DNA of 63,835 nt, filler included, from Reclinomonas americana ATCC 50394 (lineage: Eukaryota): NCBI GenBank assembly GCA_048213135.1. It is 11 parts of 5 records of this genome, joined end to end, with 100 filler letters (N's around TTAATTAATTAA, not from the genome) between each part and the next. Parts side by side here need not be neighbours in the genome. Positions count along the whole stretch, not along the records: positions 25,103 to 37,129 come from PS015639.1; positions 37,230 to 42,404 come from PS015639.1; 9 more parts are not named here. The stretch is one strand, 5' to 3'. Both the position numbers and the translations under genes were made by a program. Below, piece after piece: positions 30,027 to 40,544 of the stretch. The notes beneath the pieces are model-generated. The model did no database searches. It was not told the DNA's origin and worked only from the letters and a program-made list of their open reading frames with translations. Within the stretch, counting starts at the first letter, position 1. Each line of letters starts with the position of its first letter.

Positions 30027-31115
30027 ATGTCACGCTCTCCTGCTCCCTTCCTCCCCTCCAAGTGCCTTCTTGGACACGCTGCATGGGTGCGGTCCCTTGC
30101 CATCACTCCCGACGATGAGTACGTTGTCAGCGGAAGCGTAGACAACACAGTGCGAGTGTGGTCGCTGGCGAGCGGAGAGCAAGTACGACTGCTGAAGGCT
30201 CACACTGGAGGCGTATGGTCTGTTGCCATCACCCCCGATGGTCGACGCATAGTGAGTGGTGGCGGTGACAAGAAGGTGCGAGTGTGGTCGTTGGCAAGTG
30301 GTGATGAACTGCGACATTTGGTGGGGCACACTGGTGTGGTGCGTTGTGTCGCCAGCGCTCCTGACGGGCAGCGCGTTGCGAGTGGCAGCGATGATGCGAC
30401 AGTGCGTGTGTGGTCGCTGGCGAGCGGAGAAGAGGTGCGACGACTGGAGGGACACACTGGCTGGGTGTACTCGGTTGCCATCACACCCGACGGTCAGCAA
30501 GCTGTGAGCGGGGGTTTGGACAACACGGTGCGAGTGTGGTCTCTCACGAGTGGAGAGGAGGTGTGCAGATTCCAGGGGCACACTGGTTTCGTGTGGTCCG
30601 TGGCCATTACTCCCGACAGTCAGCACATTGTGAGTGGGGGTGGCGACAAGAGAGTACGACTGTCGTCGCTGGCGGCGAATGGAGAACAGGTGCGACAGTT
30701 TCAAGGACACACCAGTGACGTGTTCTGCGTTGCCGTCACTCACAACGGCCAGTGCATTGTGAGTGGAAGTGACGACGAGACCGTGCGTGTGTGGTCGGCA
30801 ACAACAGGAGAAGAAGTGCAGCGGCTGGAGGGACACACAGAGCGGGTGTATTCTGTTGCTGTCACTGCCGATAATCAGCACATTGTGAGTGGTGGTCTTG
30901 ACAAGGCAGTGCGAGTGTGGTCCACTCCTCGCGGTCTCGCAAGGCAGGAGCTGCAAGCTGCGCGTTTGGCGATGCTGGCGGTGCGGGAGCTGCAGCCGGT
31001 GGATGACGAACCCGATTCACGGTGTCTTCCGGAGATGGCGCTGCGTTGCTTCATTGTCGAGGATGCTGCTGTTGTGCTCTATCGGTGCAGCGTGGACTTT
31101 GAGTTGCACATGTGA
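30027..31115 (+). CDS. Intronless 7-repeat WD40 beta-propeller with highly similar repeats
   Basis: Seven ~42-aa repeats with consensus GHTxxVxSVAITPDGQxxVSGxxDxTVRVWSLASGEEVRRLE, plus a ~60-aa C-terminal tail. Alternative in-frame ATG at 29970. Confidence 0.93.
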   Translation: MSRSPAPFLPSKCLLGHAAWVRSLAITPDDEYVVSGSVDNTVRVWSLASGEQVRLLKAHTGGVWSVAITPDGRRIVSGGGDKKVRVWSLASGDELRHLVGHTGVVRCVASAPDGQRVASGSDDATVRVWSLASGEEVRRLEGHTGWVYSVAITPDGQQAVSGGLDNTVRVWSLTSGEEVCRFQGHTGFVWSVAITPDSQHIVSGGGDKRVRLSSLAANGEQVRQFQGHTSDVFCVAVTHNGQCIVSGSDDETVRVWSATTGEEVQRLEGHTERVYSVAVTADNQHIVSGGLDKAVRVWSTPRGLARQELQAARLAMLAVRELQPVDDEPDSRCLPEMALRCFIVEDAAVVLYRCSVDFELHM

Positions 31116-31283
31116 AGGTGCATGCGCAAGTGAAGTCTCAGAATGCGACGCAGTGAGTGTTGGTGTTGAATAAAAGGTGCAAACAACGAACGAGTCGTGG
31201 ACGGACCCCTCACCAAGAAGCGGAAGTGTCCCGTCCCACTACACATCACGCTGCGATCTCATATTGTGTCCGCCAATGTCGGC

Positions 31284-34144
31284 ATGACCGCTGCTCGGCC
31301 CGACATGAGGCACGGTGCGTGTGCGAGGGCCCTCACATACACTGTGCAATCGTTGCTGACTGCATGTGCTGCAGCTGTTGCAACTTCCGACGATGTGTTT
31401 GGTGGCGACATATTTGCTCCTCCTCCTCTTTGGCCTCCGAGTCAGCCGTCACGGGCCCCAGTGGACGCGCCACAGCGACCAGCTGAGCCAGCGGCGGCTG
31501 CGCTGTTTGCTCCTTTTCCTCCTCCGCCTCCGAGTCAGCCGTCACGGTTACCAGTCGCTGCACCATCACGGCGACCTGCTGTGCCTGCAGCAGATGACCC
31601 GTTTGGCGGTGACGTGTTTGCTCCTCCTCCTCCTCTTCCGCCTTCAAGTCAGCCGTCGCGGATACCAGTGGCTGCACCATCACGGCGGCCTGTTGAGCCA
31701 CCAGCAGATGACCCATTCGGTGGCTTTGTCGCTCCTCCTCTTTGGCCTCCGAGTCAGCCATCGCGGATACCAGTGGCTGCACCATCACGGCGACCTGCTG
31801 TGCCGCCAGCAGATGACCCACTTAGTGGTGACATGTTTGCGCCTCTTCCTCTTCCNNNNNNNNNNNNNNNNNNNNCCTGTTGAGCCACCTGCAGATGACC
31901 CATTCGGTGGTGACATGTTTGCGTCTCCTCCTCTTCCGGCTTCAAGTCAGCCGCCACGGGCCCCAGTGGCTGCACCATCACGGCGGCCTGCTGTGCCACC
32001 AGCAGATGACCCACTTAGTGGTGACATGTTTGCTCCCCCTCCTCCTCTTCCGCCTTCAAGTCAGCCGCCACGGGCCCCAGTGGCTGCACCATCACGGCGG
32101 CCTGCTGTGCCACCAGCAGATGACCCACTTAGTGGTGACATGATTGCTCCTCCTCCTCCTCTTCCGCCTTCAAGTCAGCCGCCACGAGGACCAGTGGCTG
32201 CACCATCACGGCGACCTGTTGAGCCACCTGCAGATGACCCATTCGGTGGTAACATGTTTGCGTCTCCTCCTCTTCCGCCTTCAAATCAGCCGCCACGAGG
32301 ACCAGTGGCTGCACCGCCACGGCGACCTGCTGTGCCGACAGCGGATGAGCTGTTTGGTGGTGACATGTTTGCTCCTCCTCCTTCTCTTCCGCCTTCACGT
32401 CAGCCGTCGCGGACTGCACCATCACGGCGACCTGCTGTGCCGACAGCGGATGACCCACTTAGTGGTGACATGTTTGCGCCTCTTCCTCTTCCGGTTTCAA
32501 GTCAGCCGCCACGAGGACCAGTGGCTGCACCGCCACGGCGACCTGCTGTGCCGACAGCGGATGAGCTGTTTGGTGGTGACATGTTTGCTCCTCCTCCTTC
32601 TCTTCCGCCTTCACGTCAGCCGTCGCGGACGCCAGTGGCTGCACCATCACGGCGACCTGCTGTGCCGACAGCGGATGACCCACTTAGTGGTGACATGTTT
32701 GCGCCTCTTCCTCTTCCGGTTTCAAGTCAGCCGCCACGAGGACCAGTGGCTGCACCGCCACGGCGACCTGCTGTGCCGACAGCGGATGAGCTGTTCGGTG
32801 GTGACATGTTTGCGTCTCCTCCTCTTCCGGCTTCAAGTCAGCCGCCACGAGGACCAGTGGCTGCACCATCACGGCGGTCTGCTTTGCCAGTAGCATATGA
32901 GCTGCTTGACGGTGACATGTTTGCTGCTGTACCACCTCCGAGTCAGCCGTCACGGACCCCAGTGGCCGCACTAGCACATGTACAGCGGCCTGCTGAGCCA
33001 GCGGCGGCTACGCTGTTCGCTCCTTTTCCTCCTCCGCCTCCGAGTCAGCCGTCACGGACCCCAGCTGCAAGAACGCCAGCAAGCTCGCAGAAAGCGGCAT
33101 CGCTCCCGTCAGGTGTTGTTGCCAATCGCACTCTGCAGTGCGCCAACTGCACCGGTCGCAATCTGGAAGTGTGCTACCAGTTGCCGTGCAGGCATGGATT
33201 GTGCCAAGAGTGGTGCGTTGCTTTCTGTATCACTGCCGTGCCTCAGCTACTCACCTTCGCATGCGTAATAGTGTGGCCGACATGCTGCATTCGCACATTG
33301 CCACGGGAGCCGGCGATGCGATGCGCTGCAGCAATACGGGTTGTCGAACTGGTTTGCACATGCACAGTCGAGTTTCACCCACCGTTCCGCGTTAGCTGAA
33401 GTTTTATGGCGCATGCGCAGAAATCCCCGACTCGGTCATTCGACATGCTTGTGCGGGGAAGCCGCATCTGCGGCGTGATCTGAACGCCTACGAAGACATT
33501 CTCAACATGGCGTTCTTGAGCAGCAACACCAAACCGTGCCCAACGGTGTGTGTGATTGCACGCGCACTCTGTCTTCTCTGTGAAAGCTGACTTCTTCTAT
33601 GACACAGTGTGGCTCCATGTGCATGCCCGAGGATGCTGCGATCCAAGATGCCGAGTGTCCGTGCGGAACCCGATTTTGCTTGCGGTGCGGAGGAAGATGG
33701 ATCAGTGGTGCTGGATCGCGTGGTCCGTGTGGCAATCGCGACTGCATGTCGCCGGCAGATCTGCTGGCCACGTGCGAGTGGGTTGTGAGTGCGATGATCT
33801 GCGAAGAAGCAAAGGCCCTTTCCTTACTCACCACACATTGTGCAGCGCATGTGGCCCTTCGACAAGGCCACTGACGATCCCGCTCCACGATTGCGTGCTT
33901 GCCCACGATGCCACCGCATTCAAGGTTAGTGGTATTATGTTCCCAAACGTTTGTGTCTTCTGCTCATTGTCGTGCGACAGACCACAACGACGGCTGCAAG
34001 CATATGTCATGTCAGGAGCCGACATGCCTTGTCGAGTACTGCATGCGATGCTTGGCAGTGAAGGGGCCACAGGGCTGGCCAGCCTCGTGCATGAGCTATA
34101 ATTTTGCTTGCCCTGTGGCTCCTTGTCAGCAGCTGCCCACATAG
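31284..34144 (+). CDS. RBR E3 ligase unit 6 (N-terminal Pro-rich DDPFGGDMF tandem repeats)
   Basis: The repeat exon leads into a RING1 almost identical to unit 3. RING2 GCKHMSCQEPTCLVEYCMRC; stop TAG at 34142-34144. Start codon inferred. Confidence 0.87.
31390..33060 (+). repeat. Coding minisatellite, ~14-16 units of ~105-114 bp (35-38 aa)
   Basis: Unit ~ADDP(F/L)(G/S)GDMFAPPPPLPPSSQPPRGPVAAPSRRPAVP; DELFGG and DDPLSG variants alternate at ~32340-32800. Confidence 0.92.
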
Positions 34145-34425
34145 TGCAACAGATCCATAATGAATGAATAACGAATTATAATGAGTTGTGAGGACTTCGG
34201 AGATATCGACGTCGCAGAGTATGTCTCTCGTCCTTCGCGTGTTCCCTCATACGTAACAACGAAGTGCTGTGCTTCCATCGCCTCCTTGAGTACACACACG
34301 CACAAAGAGCATTACACTGAGAGCGTAGAGAGGAAGCAATGAGGTGCGTCTCTCTCTCTCTCTCTCTCGTCAAGATCAAGTGGCGTTCATCACCCTCACT
34401 CCTCTCACTCTGTGCCTGCCTGCAG

Positions 34426-36884
34426 TGCGCGCTCAGCACGACGAAANNNNNNNNNNNNNNNNNNNNNNNNNNNNNNNNNNNNNNNNNNNNNNNNNNNNNN
34501 NNNNNNNNNNNNNNNNNNNNNNNNNNNNNNNNNNNNNNNNNNNNNNNNNNNNNNNNNNNNNNNNNNNNNNNNNNNNNNNNNNNNNNNNNNNNNNNNNNNN
34601 NNNNNNNNNNNNNNNNNNNNNNNNNNNNNNNNNNNNNNNNNNNNNNNNNNNNNNNNNNNNNNNNNNNNNNNNNNNNNNNNNNNNNNNNNNNNNNNNNNNN
34701 NNNNNNNNNNNNNNNNNNNNNNNNNNNNNNNNNNNNNNNNNNNNNNNNNNNNNNNNNNNNNNNNNNNNNNNNNNNNNNNNNNNNNNNNNNNNNNNNNNNN
34801 NNNNNNNNNNNNNNNNNNNNNNNNNNNNNNNNNNNNNNNNNNNNNNNNNNNNNNNNNNNNNNNNNNNNNNNNNNNNNNNNNNNNNNNNNNNNNNNNNNNN
34901 NNNNNNNNNNNNNNNNNNNNNNNNNNNNNNNNNNNNNNNNNNNNNNNNNNNNNNNNNNNNNNNNNNNNNNNNNNNNNNNNNNNNNNNNNNNNNNNNNNNN
35001 NNNNNNNNNNNNNNNNNNNNNNNNNNNNNNNNNNNNNNNNNNNNNNNNNNNNNNNNNNNNNNNNNNNNNNNNNNNNNNNNNNNNNNNNNNNNNNNGAGGG
35101 CCTGGAAAATGGCCGACGAAGGCGACGTGGATGCACTGCGCGAGTTGGTGGCACGAGAGGGCGGACAGGCACTGCTGCGGAGAGAGGAGATGCAAGAGTT
35201 CGATGGCGGATCGGCCTTTTACTTTGCCGCCTACCGAGGCCACCTGGCGGTGCTGGAGTACCTCACGGAGGAGAGTGGAGTCGGGCCACAGCTGGCACAG
35301 GCGGTGAATGATAACGGATGGACGCCACTGATGGAAGCCGCTGACAATGGGAGACTGCCAGTGGTGGAGTGGTTGCTTGCCGACGAGCGACGCTGTCCAG
35401 CCGAGGCCGTGCGCGCAGTCAGCAATGATCGGTGTGCGTTCCCGCAATCCACTGCGCTGCACTTTGCGGCGGCCAACGGCCACGAGGCGATTGTGCAGCT
35501 GCTGGCCACGCGGTATCCGGATCTCGTTCCGATGGTCACCTTGGCCGGCAAGACGGCAGCTCAGTGTGCACGCGAGGCGGGCAAGCGACAAGTGGCTGAG
35601 CTGCTCGATCGCCTTGCTGCGCAGTCATCGCCACGCCAGCAGCGCTCCCCTCGTCGTCCGCAGCCGTCGAGGTCGGTGATTGTCTTCAGTGAACTCTCTC
35701 TGTCTCTCGTGGAACTCATTTTTTNNNNNNNNNNNNNNNNNNNNGTGTGCTGCGGGATGCTTCACAGTGCTCGCGGGCAGCGGCGAAGAAAGGCCTGGGA
35801 GCTGGCGCGAAGGGGCGACGTGGATGCGCTGCGTGACTTGGTGGCGAGTGAAGGCGGGCAGACGCTCCTCGACCGGAACGAGATGCAGGAGTACGGCGGC
35901 GGCTCCGCCTTTTACTTTGCCGCCTGGCAAGGCCATCTCGACGTGTTGGAGTTCCTGATGGAGGAGAGTGGCGTCGGTCCGCAACTTGCCCAGACTGTCA
36001 CCGATCATGGCTGGACGCCACTGATGAAGGCAGCCGACAATGGACACTTGCAAGTTGTGGAGTGGTTGCTGGCGGATGAGCGGCGCTGTCCGCCGCAGAC
36101 GGTGCGGGCGGTCGCGCATCATACGTATACCTACCCACAATCCACGGCATTGCATTTTGCCGCATCCCAAGGCCACGAGGCGATTGTGCGGCTGCTGGCC
36201 ACTCGCCATCCCGATCTCATTCCCATGGTCGACTGCAACGGGAAGACGGCGGCGCAGTGGGCACGCGACGCGGGCAAGCGTGAAGTGGCTGACTTGCTCG
36301 ATGGTCTCACGGTATGGCCATCACGTGCGCCACAGCCACCATCACCACGACCGCCATCACGACAGGCACCGCCGCCACCGCCACCGCCACAACCAGTGGT
36401 GCAACCGGTGGCGGAAAGTGCAAGTCGCGGTAGTACGAGGGTACCAGGTGTTTTGCAGAGTCGCACCGCCAAGTGCTTCAATTGCACCGGCACCGACCTC
36501 GACAACTGTTACGAGCTGCCGTGTCGACACGGAGTCTGCGGTGATTGGTGAGCTGTGACGGCAGTCTTGTGTCTTTGATTATTCCCTCACCCTCTTTTTC
36601 ATGTCGCGCAGCTTGCTTGAGATTCTGCGCACCCACATCTCGAGTGGGGCCTCTGATCCACTGCGCTGCGGAGGCACTGGGTGCAAGCGAGGTGAGAATA
36701 CGTACATGCTCTGTATTCGAAGAGTGTTGTTTGCTGAGTCTCATGATCACACAAATCAGACGTCCCCGACACCGTGGTCCGGCATGCATGCGCCGGCAAG
36801 GCGAACATGCGCCAGACGCTGATTGCGTACGACGACCTCCTCAACATGTACTTTGTGACGCAGATTTGCAAGCCGTGCCCGTCG
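34426..36884 (+). CDS. RBR E3 ligase unit 7 (two ankyrin-repeat blocks-RING1; IBR/RING2 lost in gap)
   Basis: Duplicated blocks with SAFYFAA..GWTPLMxAADNG..STALHFAAxxGH..GKTAAQ; RING1 CFNCTGTDLDNCYELPCRHGVCGDC; ends at KPCPS before a gap. A possible first exon starts at ATG 34181. Confidence 0.85.
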
Positions 36885-37010
36885 GTGAGTCGCATGAGTT
36901 TTACTACGCGTGGCTGAGGGTGGGCGACTGACTCTCGCATTGTTGTTGTTGTTGTTCATGCTGTTGTTATTGTTGCGGTGATTTGTTCTTGCTGCTGCTG
37001 CTGCTGCTGC

Positions 37011-37058
<48 letters not shown>

Positions 37059-37229
37059 CGTCGTTGTCGTTGTTGTTGATATTGTTCTTGTTCGTCTTCT
37101 TCTTCTTCTTCTTCTTCTTTCTTTTCTCTNNNNNNNNNNNNNNNNNNNNNNNNNNNNNNNNNNNNNNNNNNNNTTAATTAATTAANNNNNNNNNNNNNNN
37201 NNNNNNNNNNNNNNNNNNNNNNNNNNNNN

Positions 37230-37284
<55 letters not shown>

Positions 37285-37341
37285 TCTTCTTCTTCTTCTT
37301 CTTCCCCCTCTCACCCCCTTCCCTCCCTCCCTCCCACACAG

Positions 37342-39609
37342 CCCCCACCCGATCAATCTCCCGCGATGACGCCGAGGTGAGAGCTCCACGTCGAGCGGCT
37401 GTCGCCGAGCAGGTGCTGGGCACCACCACTCGAGCGCGCCCGGCTGCCGTGGCTGTCGGCGGCGGCACTCGTCCGAGCACGGCTGGCACACAGCGTGCTC
37501 CACCGGCCGGAGACGAGAGAGCGCAACGCGACTTTGACGCGTTCCTGCGGCGTGCACGCGATCGCATGGAGAGAAGCGAGCCTCGGGAGCGATCGGACTT
37601 GTTGGCTGTGGCGGAGCCGGAGCCGGCAGCGCGACGGGATGCTGCTCCTCCTCAAAATGCTCGGGTGCGGCCATCGCGATCGCCTACTGAGACGCGTCTG
37701 CGTGCTGCGCTCGACCTTGACGATGCGGAGCTACGTCCGAGGGTGCCCGCCGGTCGTTCTGGCTCCGGGACCGTGGGCACGGGTGCAGGGCGGCGTGCGG
37801 GTGACGTTTTTGGCTCTCGTCCAGTGCGGCGTTCACAGTCGCCGCCTGCACGCAATGCAGATGAATTCTTGCGCCTTGGCGTTGCTGGCGGGGAACGCAA
37901 TCGCCCTGCTGGTGCTGGTGAGGGTGGCCGTCATCGCCTTGAGCTGTCTCTTGCGGGGAGCGATGACCGGCTTCCTTCGCGTGCTGAACGGCGCCGTAAC
38001 GAACTGCACGAATTCCTGCGTCCGTACGCCGCCACGGGCACGGGTGGGAGTGGACGCCGCGGCGCCCCTGCCGTCTTGTCCGCGCGCGACGCCACTTCTG
38101 ACCCTACCTTGCGGCGTTCAGTATCACCCCCACGATTGGATGACCGTCCTCGCCTTGGTGGTGGCGGTGGTGGTAGTGGTGGTAGTGGTGGCAGTCGCCC
38201 TGCCCGCGCTGGCATGGCCGCGCGCGAAGTCGCCTTTGAGCGCGGTATTCGTGACGCTGCCGTGCGGCGATCGGCGTCGCCTCCACGATTGGATGATCGC
38301 CTTCGTGCTGGTAGTGATGGAGGTGGCAGCCGCCCGGCCCTTGGCGGCTTGCCCTCACGCGACGCCGCTTCCGGGCTTCGTGTTCCGTCGCGCGAAGCCG
38401 TGCAGCAGCCGGAGATTCTTCCTCGCCGCGCTTTCCGATCCGTGCTTGGCCGCGATGCTGGTGGCGGGGCCAGCGGCGCAAGCGCTGCCGCCGGCGCCGC
38501 GGGTCGTCGCATGAGTATCAACTCTAGTAGTTCGAGTGCGGCCAAGGTCGTGCAGAGTCGCACCGCCAAGTGCTTCAATTGCACCGGCACTGATCTCGAC
38601 AACTGCTACGAGCTGCCGTGCCGACACGGTGTCTGCGGCGATTGGTGAGCTGTGACGACAGTCTTGTGCCTTACTTTTTTTCGCTTATCCTTTGTTTTTG
38701 ATGTCGCGTAGCTTGCTTGAGATTCTGCGCACCCACATCTCGAGTGGGGCCTCGGATCCACTGCGTTGCGGAGGCACTGGGTGCAAGCGAGGTGAGAATG
38801 TGCGCATGCTCTGCAATCGAAGAGTGATGTTTGCTGATTTTGTCGCATTAACAGATGTTCCGGAAACCGTGGTCCGTCATGCGTGCGCCGGCAAGCCGGA
38901 CATGCGCGAGACACTGCTTGCGTACGACGACCTCCTCAACATGTATTTCGTGACGCAAATCTCGAAACCGTGCCCGTCGGTGAGTGCCCTGGAATGCGAT
39001 GCGTTTGGCTGAGGGTGGGCGACTGAATCTCGGCGTTGTTGCTGTTGTTGTTGTTGTCGTCGTCGTCATCGGTGTCATCGTTGTCGTCATCTTCGGTATT
39101 ATTTGTTGTTGTTGTTGTTGTTGTTGTTGTTCTTATTGGTCTTTTTTTGTTGTTGTTGCTCTTCGTCTTCTCCTCCTCCTCCTCCCTCTTGTTCTCCTTG
39201 TTCTTCTTCTCCTTCTCTTCCTCCTTCTTCCTCCTTCTTCCTCCTCTTCCTCCTTCTTCTTCTTCTTCTTCTCCTTCTTGTTCTTCTTCTTGTTCTTCTT
39301 GTCTTCTTCTTGTTCTTGTTCTTCTCCTTCTTTTTCTTCTTCTTCTTCTTCTTGTTCATTTTTCTTCTTCTCCTCCTCCTCCTCCTTCCTCGTTCTTCTT
39401 CTCCTTCTTCTTCTCCTTCTTCTTCAATGTCTTCTTCTTCTTGTTCTTCTTCTTGTTCTTGTTCCTCTTGTTCCTCTTGTTGTTGTTGTTGTTCTTCTTC
39501 TCCTTCTTCTCCTTGTCCTTCTTCTTCTTTTTCTTCTTCTTCTTCTTCGTTGTCTTCCTCTTCTTGTTGTTGTTGTTCTTCTTCTTCTTCTTCTTCTTCT
39601 TCTTCTTCT

Positions 39610-39684
<75 letters not shown>

Positions 39685-40385
39685 TTCTTCTTCTTCTTCT
39701 TCTTTTTCTTCCTCTTTTTCTTGTGGTTTTGTTGTTGTTGTTGTTGTTGCCGTCGTCAATTCTCGTCGTCGTCGTCGTCGTCTTCGTTATTGTTCACTGT
39801 CTCTCTTTCTCTGCTTCTTCCCCTCTTTCTCCAGTGCGGCGCCATGTGCATGCCCGAAGACACCTCGTTTCAGGATGCCGATTGTCCGTGTGGCACCCGA
39901 TTCTGTTTGCGCTGCGGTGGACGGTGGGTGAGCGGCGCTGGATCGCGTGGTCCCTGCGGCAATCCAGGCTGCATGTCAGCTTCGGACCTTCTCACCACGT
40001 GCGAGTGGGTGGTGAGTGTGTATGGCCTTCGAAGAAGCAAAGGCCCTTCTCCTTGCTCATCGCACGTTGTGCAGCGCATGTGGCCCTTCGACAAGGCCAC
40101 TGACGATCCCGCTCCACGCCTGCGTGCGTGTCCACGATGCCACCGCATTCAAGGTACTGCTGGGAAAGGCATCATATTCTCTTGCGTTGTTTATCTTGTG
40201 CTCATTGTTATCTGGTGGCAGATCACAATGACGGCTGCAAGCACATGAAGTGCCAGGAGCCGACATGCCTCGTTGAGTACTGCATGCGATGCTTGGCGGT
40301 GAAGGGGCCGCAGGGCTGGCCGGCCTCGTGCAGGAACTATGACTTTGCTTGTACAGTCGCCCCTTGTCAGCAGTTGCCACGTTGA
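37342..40385 (+). CDS. RBR E3 ligase unit 8 (Arg/Gly/Ser-rich low-complexity N-terminus; start not seen)
   Basis: RRSxSPP-rich exon, then a RING1 near-identical to unit 7; IBR and RING2 GCKHMKCQEPTCLVEYCMRC; stop TGA at 40383-40385. Confidence 0.87.
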
Positions 40386-40544
40386 AAGCGATCGATACCC
40401 AGAAAAAAATAAAACAACCCGCCCATGCCGTCGTGAAGTATTGAATTTTGTACACTGCCCAGGGGAAAATGTGGACTTGCACACACACACACACGCACAC
40501 GCGCACACACACACATACTCGGCCAGACTCGCTTCCTTCCACGT

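Noticed and set aside
30030..30956. Antisense ORFs over the WD40 gene and the RBR repeats
   Set aside because: They are shadows of repetitive, GC-rich coding sequence.
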